Of a DNA stretch of 64,000 nt, positions 10,606 through 19,368 are shown one piece after another; the first letter of the stretch is position 1; every line of letters starts with the position of its first letter. The notes under the pieces are model-generated. The model saw only the letters and a list, made by a program, of their open reading frames with translations, was not told the origin of the DNA and ran no database searches. Source of the stretch: Candidatus Aramenus sp. CH1. GTDB lineage: Archaea; Thermoproteota; Thermoprotei_A; Sulfolobales; Sulfolobaceae. The translations under genes and the position numbers were made by a program. The DNA lies in assembly GCA_022678445.1 (NCBI GenBank), contig JALBWU010000008.1, forward strand, positions 13,076 to 77,075. The letters are read 5' to 3'.

Positions 10606-11774
10606 TGGATAGGTCTGGAGTCGTCTAATAAAAAGCTAGCTCCAGTTGACTTTTCATCTTCCCCTGACTTCCCCTTGATCACTAGCGTGACCAAGGCTAA
10701 CGACGCTAGGGGGCCAAAGGCCAAGCTATCCATTACAAACCCCTTTAACCCCAGGGAGATCACCTCGCCTACAAAGAGCGGTGCCATCATTGAACCCCCT
10801 TGGGAGATGGCATTGGCGAAGCCCATGGATGTGCCGGCATACCTGCTCCCCATCACCTTTACCACTAGGGAGTCAGTTGGCGGCCTGTATATGAAGGAGA
10901 ACACTCCCAGGAGGAAGGAGAGGGGGATCAGGAGGGAAGCCTCCTTGGCCAGGGGTAGCGCGAACACCAAGGCTACGAACACGGCCAACGTCACCTTTAC
11001 CAGCTTGACGTCGTCCACAGTCCTAGACAGAAGGCCGGAGACCAACGTAGAGGCAAACTGGCCCACGCCGTAGAGCAGGAAGAGGATCTCGGACAGCTTG
11101 ACGGGCACTCCGTCGTAGAGTACTAGGAAGGGGAATAGCCACGAGGAGGTTCCCCATAGACCCCACTGCTCCCCTGCCCTTATCAGGGAGACGTAGATTA
11201 CCCTCCTGTCCAATAACACTTTCCTCACCTGCGTCGACTTCAGCGTACTCACCTTGAGGAACAGGGTGATGAGGCCTCCCAAAACGAGCCCCAGGGAAAG
11301 GGTGACGCAGTAGAGGGCCCACCCCGAAAGTATCTCCCCTGATAGGGACGAGACAACCAAGGTGACCACTGGGGCAGCCGAGTCCAGCACTGCCAAGTAG
11401 AGGGTCAGCGAGCCCCCAGAGGCAGACACCACCTTTACCGCAGACGGGTAAATCCCAGCAGTGAGCCCCCCTTCCACCAAGTAGATGGCGTAGAGCTCGC
11501 CCACGTTTTTAGCCAGGAAGACCAACGGCAGGAGGAGTCCAGAGAAGGTAGCTGAGACGAACATGGCCTTCCTAGGTCCCTCCCTGTCTATTATAGCCCC
11601 CCACAGGACGGAGCTGGAAGTGTACCCCAAGTAGAAGAGGAACACCACCGCCCCTATCTCCACTGGGGTGAGGTGGAGGGAGACAGCAAAGACAACCGCC
11701 ACTACCCCCCAGCCCGGCCTCAACGCTAGTTGAAGGGAAGTCAAGAGCCAGCCGAGGGCGAAGGGGGACTTCAA
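10602..11774 (-). CDS. MFS transporter
   Basis: WGAIIDREGPRK motif A; probable TTG start at 11774 (MKSPFALGW), since the longer ORF-track version overlaps the divergent GH15 gene. Confidence 0.8.
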   Translation of the reverse strand: MKSPFALGWLLTSLQLALRPGWGVVAVVFAVSLHLTPVEIGAVVFLFYLGYTSSSVLWGAIIDREGPRKAMFVSATFSGLLLPLVFLAKNVGELYAIYLVEGGLTAGIYPSAVKVVSASGGSLTLYLAVLDSAAPVVTLVVSSLSGEILSGWALYCVTLSLGLVLGGLITLFLKVSTLKSTQVRKVLLDRRVIYVSLIRAGEQWGLWGTSSWLFPFLVLYDGVPVKLSEILFLLYGVGQFASTLVSGLLSRTVDDVKLVKVTLAVFVALVFALPLAKEASLLIPLSFLLGVFSFIYRPPTDSLVVKVMGSRYAGTSMGFANAISQGGSMMAPLFVGEVISLGLKGFVMDSLAFGPLASLALVTLVIKGKSGEDEKSTGASFLLDDSRPIQ

Positions 11775-11826
11775 GACTCTTTTCTCTCGAGAATAAATAA
11801 TAGACGCGTTTTCAAATTTAATGGTA

Positions 11827-13533
11827 ATGAAGGAGTTCGCCTTCATATCAAACCAGATGACCTCTGCCTTGATATCCCTGGACACCAACGTGGCGTGGTT
11901 CCCCGCCCCTAGGTTCGACTCCTCGCCCATCTTCGCCTCTATCCTAGACGAGGAGCACGGAGGAGAGTTCAAGGTAGTGCCAGAGGGGAAGGTTATCTCT
12001 ACCTCGAGGGAGTACCTCACCTACAACGTGCTCAGGACTACCACCTATGCTGAGGGCGGGGAGGTCACCGTCACCGACCTTTTGCCCATAGGCGAGCCCG
12101 CCATCATACGGAAAGTTGAAGCGGAGATCCCTGTGAGGGTGAAGGTTTACCCGACCTTTAACTACGCCCTCCACCGCCCCGTCATTAAGTTCCACAGAGA
12201 CGCCGTCCAGTTCCTCAACCCTATAGGGGACGACTGCGTGGGCTTCGTCTACGGCAAAGGAGAGAGGGAGGGGAACGAGGTGCTCCTGCCCAAGGGAACG
12301 CACTTCCTCTACTTGGTCTACTTCAAGAATGCGAAGCATGGTCTCTTCAGCGAGAAGTCCGCCAAGCTGTCGCTGGACGTGGAGGAGGCGTTCAACAGGA
12401 CGGTCTCCTTCTGGAGGGAGAAGGAAAGGAGGGCCGAGGGAAAGCTGGCGAGGGGGTCTTACACTGTGCTCTACGGCGTCGTCTACTCCCCCACTTCTGC
12501 CCCAGTAGCATCCCCTACGACCTCCCTGCCAGAAGTGGTGGGAGGGAAGAGGAACTGGGACTACCGCTTTGCTTGGGTGAGGGACTCCTCGATAGTGGCC
12601 CAGGACTTAATAGAGGTAGGTGAGGTGGTAACGGGGAGGAGGATACTCAACTTCCTGTTGGGGTTGGTGAACTTCACGTCTAAGCCCTTCCGCCACCCGC
12701 TCTACACGGCAGACGGGGAGGATCCACCTGCCGAGGTCGAGCTCAAGTGGCTCCCTGGGTACAAGGGCTCGTCCCCAGTGAGGGTGGGAAACAAGGCGTC
12801 GGAGCAACTCCAGCTCGACGTGGAGGGCTTCTTCATGTCGGCCCTCTGGAAGTACTACGAGAAGACCGGGGATCTGGTGTTCCTCAAGGAGGTAGAGGGG
12901 AAAGTCAAGTACATAGCGGACTGGGTCTCGAGGAACTGGGGCCTCATCGACGCCAGCATCTGGGAGGAGAGGGGAGTGTCTAGGCACTACACACACTCAA
13001 AGGCCATGATGTGGGTGGCCCTCAAGAGGGCAGGGGACATAATGAGGGAGCTTGGGGAGGAGGACTACTGGGAGGAGAGCAGGGAGAAGCTCAGGCAGTG
13101 GGTATTCAGCAACTGCGTCCACGCAGGTTACCTCACTAGGTACGCGGGCTCCACTGACGTTGACTCCGCCCTCCTCTCCCTCCCGCTCTACGGCTTCGTG
13201 GACGTCAAGGATGAAGTGTTCCTAAGGACGCTAAGGAAAGTGGAGGAGAACCTAAAGGTAGGGCCCTTCGTGAAGAGGTACGCGAGCGACTTCATGGGAG
13301 AGGCTAAGCACCCGTTCCTCTTGACCACCTTATGGCTGGCCAGAGTCTACGCCAGGCTAGGTAGGAAAGAGGAGGCCGTGAAAGTAGTTGAGGAATTGAA
13401 CAAGCTGTCCCCACTTGGCCTAGTCGGGGAACACGTGGACGTGAAAGAGGGGGACTTCACTGGGAACTTCCCACAGGCCTTCGTGCACGCGGAGCTACTG
13501 GTGCTCTTGAAGGAGCTGGGGGTTAAGCTGTAG
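11827..13533 (+). CDS. Glycoside hydrolase family 15 (trehalase/glucoamylase-like)
   Basis: TSLPEVVGGKRNWDYRFAWVRD, DASIWEER, EH..GNFPQAFVH motifs. Confidence 0.9.
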   Translation: MKEFAFISNQMTSALISLDTNVAWFPAPRFDSSPIFASILDEEHGGEFKVVPEGKVISTSREYLTYNVLRTTTYAEGGEVTVTDLLPIGEPAIIRKVEAEIPVRVKVYPTFNYALHRPVIKFHRDAVQFLNPIGDDCVGFVYGKGEREGNEVLLPKGTHFLYLVYFKNAKHGLFSEKSAKLSLDVEEAFNRTVSFWREKERRAEGKLARGSYTVLYGVVYSPTSAPVASPTTSLPEVVGGKRNWDYRFAWVRDSSIVAQDLIEVGEVVTGRRILNFLLGLVNFTSKPFRHPLYTADGEDPPAEVELKWLPGYKGSSPVRVGNKASEQLQLDVEGFFMSALWKYYEKTGDLVFLKEVEGKVKYIADWVSRNWGLIDASIWEERGVSRHYTHSKAMMWVALKRAGDIMRELGEEDYWEESREKLRQWVFSNCVHAGYLTRYAGSTDVDSALLSLPLYGFVDVKDEVFLRTLRKVEENLKVGPFVKRYASDFMGEAKHPFLLTTLWLARVYARLGRKEEAVKVVEELNKLSPLGLVGEHVDVKEGDFTGNFPQAFVHAELLVLLKELGVKL

Positions 13534-13683
13534 TTTACCAAACGCCTTAGGTGGGGAGAAAGTCGGATATTGAGCAGGAGAGGTTAGTAGACCCCTTGAC
13601 TACGGCGCTTATTTATGTGCTTACTCTCAACTCCGAAAGTACGTAAATAATAAAATAAATAACATAGTTTCCAAAAATAATAT

Positions 13684-14882
13684 ATGGTATACCCGTTTTC
13701 CTCGATAGAGGACTTCAAGGTTGAGCTCACCCAAGACCACGAGCTCCTCAGGGGAGTGATAAGGGAGTTCTCCGAGGAGGTTTTGGCTAAGCGCGTGGAG
13801 AGGGGAGAGGCGGAGAGAGACCTGCCCAGGGAGGTAAAGGAGAAAGCGAAGGAGGTCGGACTTTACGGCCTCAACATACCTCCTGAGCTGGGGGGCCAAG
13901 GGGGGGACTACCTCTCCCTGCTCGTGGCGTCTGAGGTGATAAGCAGGGTGTGGCCATCCTTTGGTACCTTCCTTCTCATAGACTGGATGTTCATGTACGC
14001 CGTGACCCGCTTCGCCAGCGAGGAGCTGAAGAAGAAGTTCGTCCCCCCTGTCGCCAGGGGGAAAAAGTGGCGGCGTTTGCCACTACTGAGCCCTCAGCTG
14101 GCTCAGACGTAGCGGGGATCAAGTCCACAGCGAAGAAGTTGGACGACGGGTACTTGCTCAACGGCAGGAAGATCTTCATAACCAACGGGGACATCGCAGA
14201 CTTCTACTTGGTCACGGCCAGGACTTCTCCTCCCGAGCCCAACGCCAGGTGGAAGGGGATATCCATGTTCCTAGTGGAGAGGGAGGACGTGAAGGTCGTA
14301 AGCAGGATAGACACCACTGGGCTGAAGGCTTCCCACACTGCAGAGATAGAGCTCACTGACGTGAAGGTTCCAGCAGACAAGCTTGTGGGCGAGGAGGGTA
14401 AGGGCTTCACGTACGCGGTGAGCTCCTTCGACTTCGCCAGGACGATAGTAGCGTCGCAGGCCCTCGGGATAGGACAGGGGGCTCTGGAGAGGATGCTCAA
14501 CTACTCGCTACAGAGGACGGCCTTCGAGAGGAAGCTGGCGGACTTCCAGCTGGTGCAGACAAAGATAGCCGAGTCCATAGCGGACTTGGAGACGGCTAGG
14601 TTAGCTACGTACTGGGCGGGGACGCTATTCAAGGAGGGGAAGGAGAAGGAGTTCGTCGTCGCCTCGTCCCTTGCGAAGTTCGTGTCCACTGAGGCAGCGG
14701 AGAGGGTCGTGCTGAGGGCCATTGGAGTACACGGCGGTTACGGGGTGACCACCTCCACTGGGCTTGAAAGGATGCTGAGGGACCTGCAGATACTGAAGAC
14801 CTACGAGGGGACTAACGACATCCAGAGGGTGAGCCTAGCTAGGTTTACCTTGAACAAGTTCCTGGGCTACAAGACCACTTAA
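13684..14882 (+). pseudogene. Acyl-CoA dehydrogenase split by a -1 frameshift
   Basis: ACAD N-terminus in one frame and AFATTEPSAGSD..NGRKIFITNG..HGGYG..YEGTNDIQR in another; the junction is G5A5 at 14057-14066, where G6A5 would give RGEKV. Confidence 0.85.
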
Positions 14883-15113
14883 ATGGCCTGGCCCTAGGCC
14901 CTCCAGCTCTTGGCGTCCGCCCTTTGGCTTCGTGGAGGTCAAGCGGGCCCCACACGTAGAGGGGAGACCATGAATTTACCTATGTAGCCTTTGAGGAATC
15001 GCACGCCGGGCTTGAAGTCTCGTGGGGACTCACGTCTAGCGCGCGAGCTTCATGGGCCTCTGTTCGCTTATTCCCACACGGCGTAATGGCGGAGACCATA
15101 TTTACTTGTTTCT

Positions 15114-15191
15114 CCCCCTCCTGTTTACGTCAGCTGTATGCGTAAGAGGACACTTCGACTTAGTTGCGTGGCTGACGTGACACGGAGAGGG
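15114..15191 (+). other. Long imperfect intergenic hairpin
   Basis: ACGTCAGC (15127-15134) pairs with GCTGACGT (15171-15178), extended on both sides with G-U pairs and bulges. Confidence 0.4.
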
Positions 15192-15201
15192 CAAAGCTTA
15201 T

Positions 15202-15227
15202 ATCTGTAAATACAGAAATCTGTAAAT
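15202..15227. promoter_or_regulatory. Candidate RHH autoregulatory operator between TATA and start codon
   Basis: ATCTGTAAAT at 15202-15211 and 15218-15227; CTGTA/TACAG/CTGTA half-sites alternate in orientation; TTATAT at 15198. Confidence 0.55.
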
Positions 15228-15512
15228 ATGGGAAAGATAACGGTCAAGGTCTCCGACGAAGTGGAGAAAGATCTACGCACGTTCGTCGCGATCTCCGGCT
15301 ATAAGAGAGGGATGCTCAGCGTAGTTGTGGAGGAGGCTCTGAAGGACTACATCTCTAGGCACAGGATCGCCGTAAAAGAGAAGGGTGAGATAGAGTTCAA
15401 CCTAAAGGACCTCGAGAAGGGAAAGTTCTACTTGGTAGAAGTAGACGGCGAAAAGTATGCCCTAAGAGTGACTGAAGACAACAGGGTCCAACTCTACGAG
15501 GTCCTAGAGTAG
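15228..15512 (+). CDS. CopG/ribbon-helix-helix protein with extra C-terminal beta domain
   Basis: MGKITVKVSDEVEKDLR..KRGMLSVVVEEALKDYI pattern. Confidence 0.75.
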   Translation: MGKITVKVSDEVEKDLRTFVAISGYKRGMLSVVVEEALKDYISRHRIAVKEKGEIEFNLKDLEKGKFYLVEVDGEKYALRVTEDNRVQLYEVLE

Positions 15513-15686
15513 ATGGTGGTCCTCAAGTTCTGGAGGCTGGAGATAATAATTGACGTGAAAGCTGAGGAGCTGGAACCGTGTAAAGGGAAAATAATATCAA
15601 CGTGGAGCTACAGGAAAATGAAAAACGTGAAGTTCTTCGTCCACCAAGACGACAAAGGTAACGTGAAGATAAGGAAAATGGAGTAG
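15513..15686 (+). CDS. 57-aa hypothetical protein, absent from the ORF track
   Basis: ATG directly follows the RHH stop (TAG-ATG); MVVLKFWRLEIIIDVKAEELEPCKGKIISTWSYRKMKNVKFFVHQDDKGNVKIRKME. Confidence 0.55.
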   Translation: MVVLKFWRLEIIIDVKAEELEPCKGKIISTWSYRKMKNVKFFVHQDDKGNVKIRKME

Positions 15687-15701
15687 AGACGACGTTATTT
15701 C

Positions 15702-16500
15702 CTGACCTCCTCCCCACCCTGCGAGGGTTCTGCATAGGTCTAAGGCGTTACTCCCCTTTAAGGGAGATACCCCGTGATGTGAAGAGAAAGGAAAGAGCCA
15801 AAGCGTCGACAATCTTCTTCACTCCTAGTTTCACGATGTTTAACGCTCCGCTAACGTCGCTGTGAAGCTTATGGCCAAGAGGACAGTTTACGACTCCCCT
15901 AGGCCTTCTCGTTACATTTGCGTTATGGTAAGCGCAGAAACGCGAGGTATTGTACTCAACAACTAGGTACGTCTTTACGCCGTGCTCGTGGAGTTTGTTC
16001 GCTAATGCGCCAACTTGCGAAAAGACCAAATTTGAAGTGAGCTTGTTACCCTTATCTTGAGAGATGAAGTAAGGATAGCCCAAGTAAACGGCGGAGACGC
16101 CAAGATCCCATAAGGACTTAGCCAAGTGAGATGCTAAAGTTCTGTAAATGAAGAAGCCTACGGTACAACTTTGCAAATACTCTTTCCCTCTCCATCAACA
16201 CTTCTTCCCTAGCTTCTTGTTCTTGAACCTTCTCAGCCTCGCTTTTCAACTTGTCTAGTTCGGCGATCTTTTTCTGAAAAATAGAAGTAATCGCTCTTAA
16301 CTGCTGAACCACGGTAAAATACAACAGTAAGCTCTCAACAACAACAGTAGCCAACGCGTTTATACCTAAGTCAATTGACGCAACCTTGTTACCTTTAGGC
16401 TTCTCAACTGAATCTCTCTTTCGCCGTGAATAACGAGAGAGTCCTTCATTGGCTTACCGCTTTTCTTTGGGGAAGCGTACTCCAGGAAATGTTTCTACAA
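15702..16500 (-). mobile_element. tnpB: Decayed IS200/IS605-family tnpB element
   Basis: Fragments KPKGNKVASIDLGIN (RuvC-I), VVEYNTSRFCAYH..VVNCPLGHKLHSDVSGALNI (Zn finger and RuvC-III), and right end ..AACCCTCGCAGGGTGGGGAGGAGGTCAG; frames broken; left boundary approximate. Confidence 0.8.
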
Positions 16501-16763
16501 AGTTCTCTAAGACCGCTCTACAAGGTCTATACGCCGCAATAAATTAGCATATTACGATACATAATACGTCCTTACGCTATTTAACAAAAGGGAATTTTAA
16601 TGCTCTTCTTGGAATAGGTACAACGCCTTAATTACTAAGGCACAGTTCTAACTAGTCGCTCTTTAGCTCATTTCTCACGCTGTGGAACATTTCTCGTATC
16701 ATGTATTGTATCGGTATTACCGGCACTATAGATTTAAACTCTAGACTACGTCTTTAAATTATA

Positions 16764-16812
16764 AGTTTCAGTTATCTCTCTAAATCCTTAATTTCGCCAA
16801 GGCATAACTTTC
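16764..16812 (+). promoter_or_regulatory. Three ANTTTC hexamers upstream of the PolB2 cassette (candidate UV/DNA-damage elements)
   Basis: AGTTTC 16764, AATTTC 16790, ACTTTC 16807; ANTTTC is the element described for UV-inducible Sulfolobus promoters. Confidence 0.45.
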
Positions 16813-16816
16813 AATT

Positions 16817-17056
16817 ATGGGTAGAACGCAATCGCCCTTTACCTCCTCAGTAGACAGGGAGGTGGAGAAGCTCGTTAGGCTTGCGAATAGGCTAGGAAAC
16901 CCTTGCTTTAAGGAGGTTGTGCTTGAGGCCTCAACTAGGGTTAGGGACTTTCAAAGCGCCCTTTACGACGAGGTCACAGATCCTCAGGAAGTCGTTCTCT
17001 TATCCCTCATTTCTGTTTTAGCTGAGGTGAAGTGTAACGGAAGGTTACGTCGTTGA
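16817..17056 (+). CDS. Small helical protein of PolB2 operons (arCOG07300-like)
   Basis: MGRTQSPF..EVEKLVRLANRL; position directly upstream of and overlapping polB2. Confidence 0.75.
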   Translation: MGRTQSPFTSSVDREVEKLVRLANRLGNPCFKEVVLEASTRVRDFQSALYDEVTDPQEVVLLSLISVLAEVKCNGRLRR

Positions 17057-18746
17057 CGCAATACCTACTTACAAGGGAGTTTACTTAGTTTTAGATGGCT
17101 TTAGAAAGGTAAAGGTTCCAACAACTTTTCCAATTTACGTGGAAACCCAAAACCCAGAGATAATTGCACAACACCCTTCAGTGGAGTACTACGAGGAGGA
17201 AGTTTGGAAGGACATTCACGAAAACGAAGTGAAGCTTTACAGGTTTGAGCTTACAGATTACAACGCTTACCTTTACATTAGGAAAAAGGCAAAGGTAGTG
17301 AACGAGTTGCCAACTGTGATGGCGCAAACACTTTACAGGCTTAAGGCTTATCCTTTTAGAAAAGTAAGGATTGAAGGAGGCAAAGTAGTGGAGGTTTTTC
17401 CGGAGGAGTTCCCGAAAATTACTTACGCCACTGTAACTACAGTTGATTGGTTTGGCCCTTCCTATTACGGCAAGGAGTTCATAGCCAACGTAAACGGAGT
17501 TGAAATAAAGGAAAAGGTTGGCGAGTTTGATTTAGCAGTTGACGTGGCGGAGTGCTTTGGAATTGCCTGCCACAAGGTAAAGAGCTCAGTCCTCATTAAG
17601 AGAAAAAGGGCTCCAGTGTCTGTTAAGGGACTAATCGAGTGGTCGTTAACTACGAAGACCCCAATAAGGGAACTGGAGGACTCCACAATAGGCAAGGCAC
17701 TCACTACAAACGAAGCTTGGGTTGCCTTGAAAAGAAAGGTAATAGTTCCTGGCGTTGTACCTAGAGTTGAGAAGTTAAGAACTGTTGAACAACTTAAGGA
17801 GGTAGACAAGGGAGGTTTAATTGTTTTCCCAAAGGTAGGGGCATACAACCAAGTTTACCAGCTAGACTTCTCCTCAATGTACCCCTCGCTCATAGTAAAG
17901 TACAACATATCCTTCGACACCGTAGATAAATGCGACGACGTGGTAACTGAAATAGGGCATAGCATCTGCATGAAAGAAAAGGGAATAGTGCCAGAAGCCT
18001 TAGAGTGGTTAGTAAAGAGAAAAGAAGAACTAAAAAGGATTGACGAGGAAAGGGCAGAGGCCATAAAGTGGATTTTAGTTGCGTCATTTGGCTATTTAGG
18101 TTATAGGAATTCAAAGTTTGGAAAAATAGAGGCTTACGAGCTTGTAACCTACTTTGCCAGGAAAACGCTCAGGGAGGCAATAGAGCTAGCTAAGAAATAC
18201 AAGGTTGAAGTATTGCACGGCATAATAGATTCGCTAATAGTTAAGGGAGATAACGTAAAGGAGTTCAGCGAGGCAATAGAGAGATTGACTGGACTGAAGA
18301 TGAAGGTAGAGGAAATGGACTGGGTAATCCTTTTCCCAAGGAGGGACGGAATGCCTTACCCAATGAGGTATTTAGCCAAAAGAAAGGACGGAGAAGTTAA
18401 GGCAAAGGGGTTAATAAGAAGTAACATGCCGAACGTGGTGAAGGAATTCCTAGAGAGAGCTGTAAAGGCAATGGGAAAGGCGAAAAAATTTGAGGAAATA
18501 GACCTTAACGAAATCAAGGAAATAAAGAAGGAGTTGGAGGAGAGGATAATAGAGGGAAAGGAAAGGGCAGACTTCGTAATTTGGGTAAAGGACAGGCCTT
18601 TAGTTAGGGGAGTTAGGGGATTTTACGACGCCAGGGAGGGCTACAAAGGCAGAGACGTTGGATACTACTTGGATTACTTGGAAAGGGAGTACGAGGTGTT
18701 GGTTAACGCTATCCACGGGATTCGAGCTGTTGGACAGGTTAATTGA
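17037..18746 (+). CDS. dpo2: Family B DNA polymerase PolB2/Dpo2, probable ACG start
   Basis: DFSSMYPS, KWILVASFGYLG, degenerate motif C HGIIDS; open frame from 17031 (after TGA at 17028) reading [ACG]EGYVVDAIP, first canonical start only at 17139. Confidence 0.88.
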   Translation, partial: TEGYVVDAIPTYKGVYLVLDGFRKVKVPTTFPIYVETQNPEIIAQHPSVEYYEEEVWKDIHENEVKLYRFELTDYNAYLYIRKKAKVVNELPTVMAQTLYRLKAYPFRKVRIEGGKVVEVFPEEFPKITYATVTTVDWFGPSYYGKEFIANVNGVEIKEKVGEFDLAVDVAECFGIACHKVKSSVLIKRKRAPVSVKGLIEWSLTTKTPIRELEDSTIGKALTTNEAWVALKRKVIVPGVVPRVEKLRTVEQLKEVDKGGLIVFPKVGAYNQVYQLDFSSMYPSLIVKYNISFDTVDKCDDVVTEIGHSICMKEKGIVPEALEWLVKRKEELKRIDEERAEAIKWILVASFGYLGYRNSKFGKIEAYELVTYFARKTLREAIELAKKYKVEVLHGIIDSLIVKGDNVKEFSEAIERLTGLKMKVEEMDWVILFPRRDGMPYPMRYLAKRKDGEVKAKGLIRSNMPNVVKEFLERAVKAMGKAKKFEEIDLNEIKEIKKELEERIIEGKERADFVIWVKDRPLVRGVRGFYDAREGYKGRDVGYYLDYLEREYEVLVNAIHGIRAVGQVN

Positions 18747-19284
18747 GAAAGACGACTTCGTCGAGTTTTATTCCCTAGATAGGGAGTTCCTCTACACTTT
18801 TTACCATAGGGTACTGGTAGTTTCAGCGCCAGTTAAGGTTGTTATTGTTGCAGAAAGGGGAGGACTAGATCCCTTGTTAATTGAGAGGTTTAGGAGGATA
18901 TTTGGGTGGAAGGGAGAAATTTACTTAAGGAGGGCATTCAAGGTTGAAGACGTTAAACCTACAATTGAGGCAATGGAGGAAGTCGAGGGAAATTTGGTCG
19001 TTGTTAATCCTTATCACCACAGAAGGAAATACGCAGAGATAGTATCAGCTTTGAGGAAAAGCGAAGGAAGGAAATTCCTCTTTAGCTTCATGGACAGGGA
19101 GAAGGAAGGATCTATTTTTGGTACCCACAGCGCTCACGCTATCATTAAACTAGAGCCTGGAACAAGGGGATTTAGAGCAGTGCTAAAGAAAAGCGTAACT
19201 TACAGTGAAATTGATATTCCCTTTGGCTTCTGGGAAATTTACGGAAAAAGTGAGGGAGAAGGGTTGATAAAATGGATGATATGA
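18706..19284 (+). CDS. Degenerate RadA/RecA-like protein of PolB2 operons, probable ACG start
   Basis: [ACG]LSTGFELLDRLI resembles the RecA-like N-terminus; no intact Walker A; GAGGTG at 18693-18698. Confidence 0.7.
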   Translation, partial: TLSTGFELLDRLIEKDDFVEFYSLDREFLYTFYHRVLVVSAPVKVVIVAERGGLDPLLIERFRRIFGWKGEIYLRRAFKVEDVKPTIEAMEEVEGNLVVVNPYHHRRKYAEIVSALRKSEGRKFLFSFMDREKEGSIFGTHSAHAIIKLEPGTRGFRAVLKKSVTYSEIDIPFGFWEIYGKSEGEGLIKWMI

Positions 19285-19368
19285 AGGAAATTTCACTGCT
19301 TGAGTTTTTATCCATTATCTGAATTAAATCCGCCAAATTATTTTAAATACATGACGTACATAATCTTA

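Noticed and set aside
11775-12020. N-terminal extension of the MFS ORF given in the ORF track
   Set aside because: It is non-hydrophobic and antisense to the well-supported GH15 gene; TTG 11774 fits better
14963-15105. Imperfect direct repeat GGAGACCAT(GA/A)TTTAC at 14963 and 15091
   Set aside because: Only two short imperfect copies, with no terminal inverted repeats or ORF between them; insufficient to call an element
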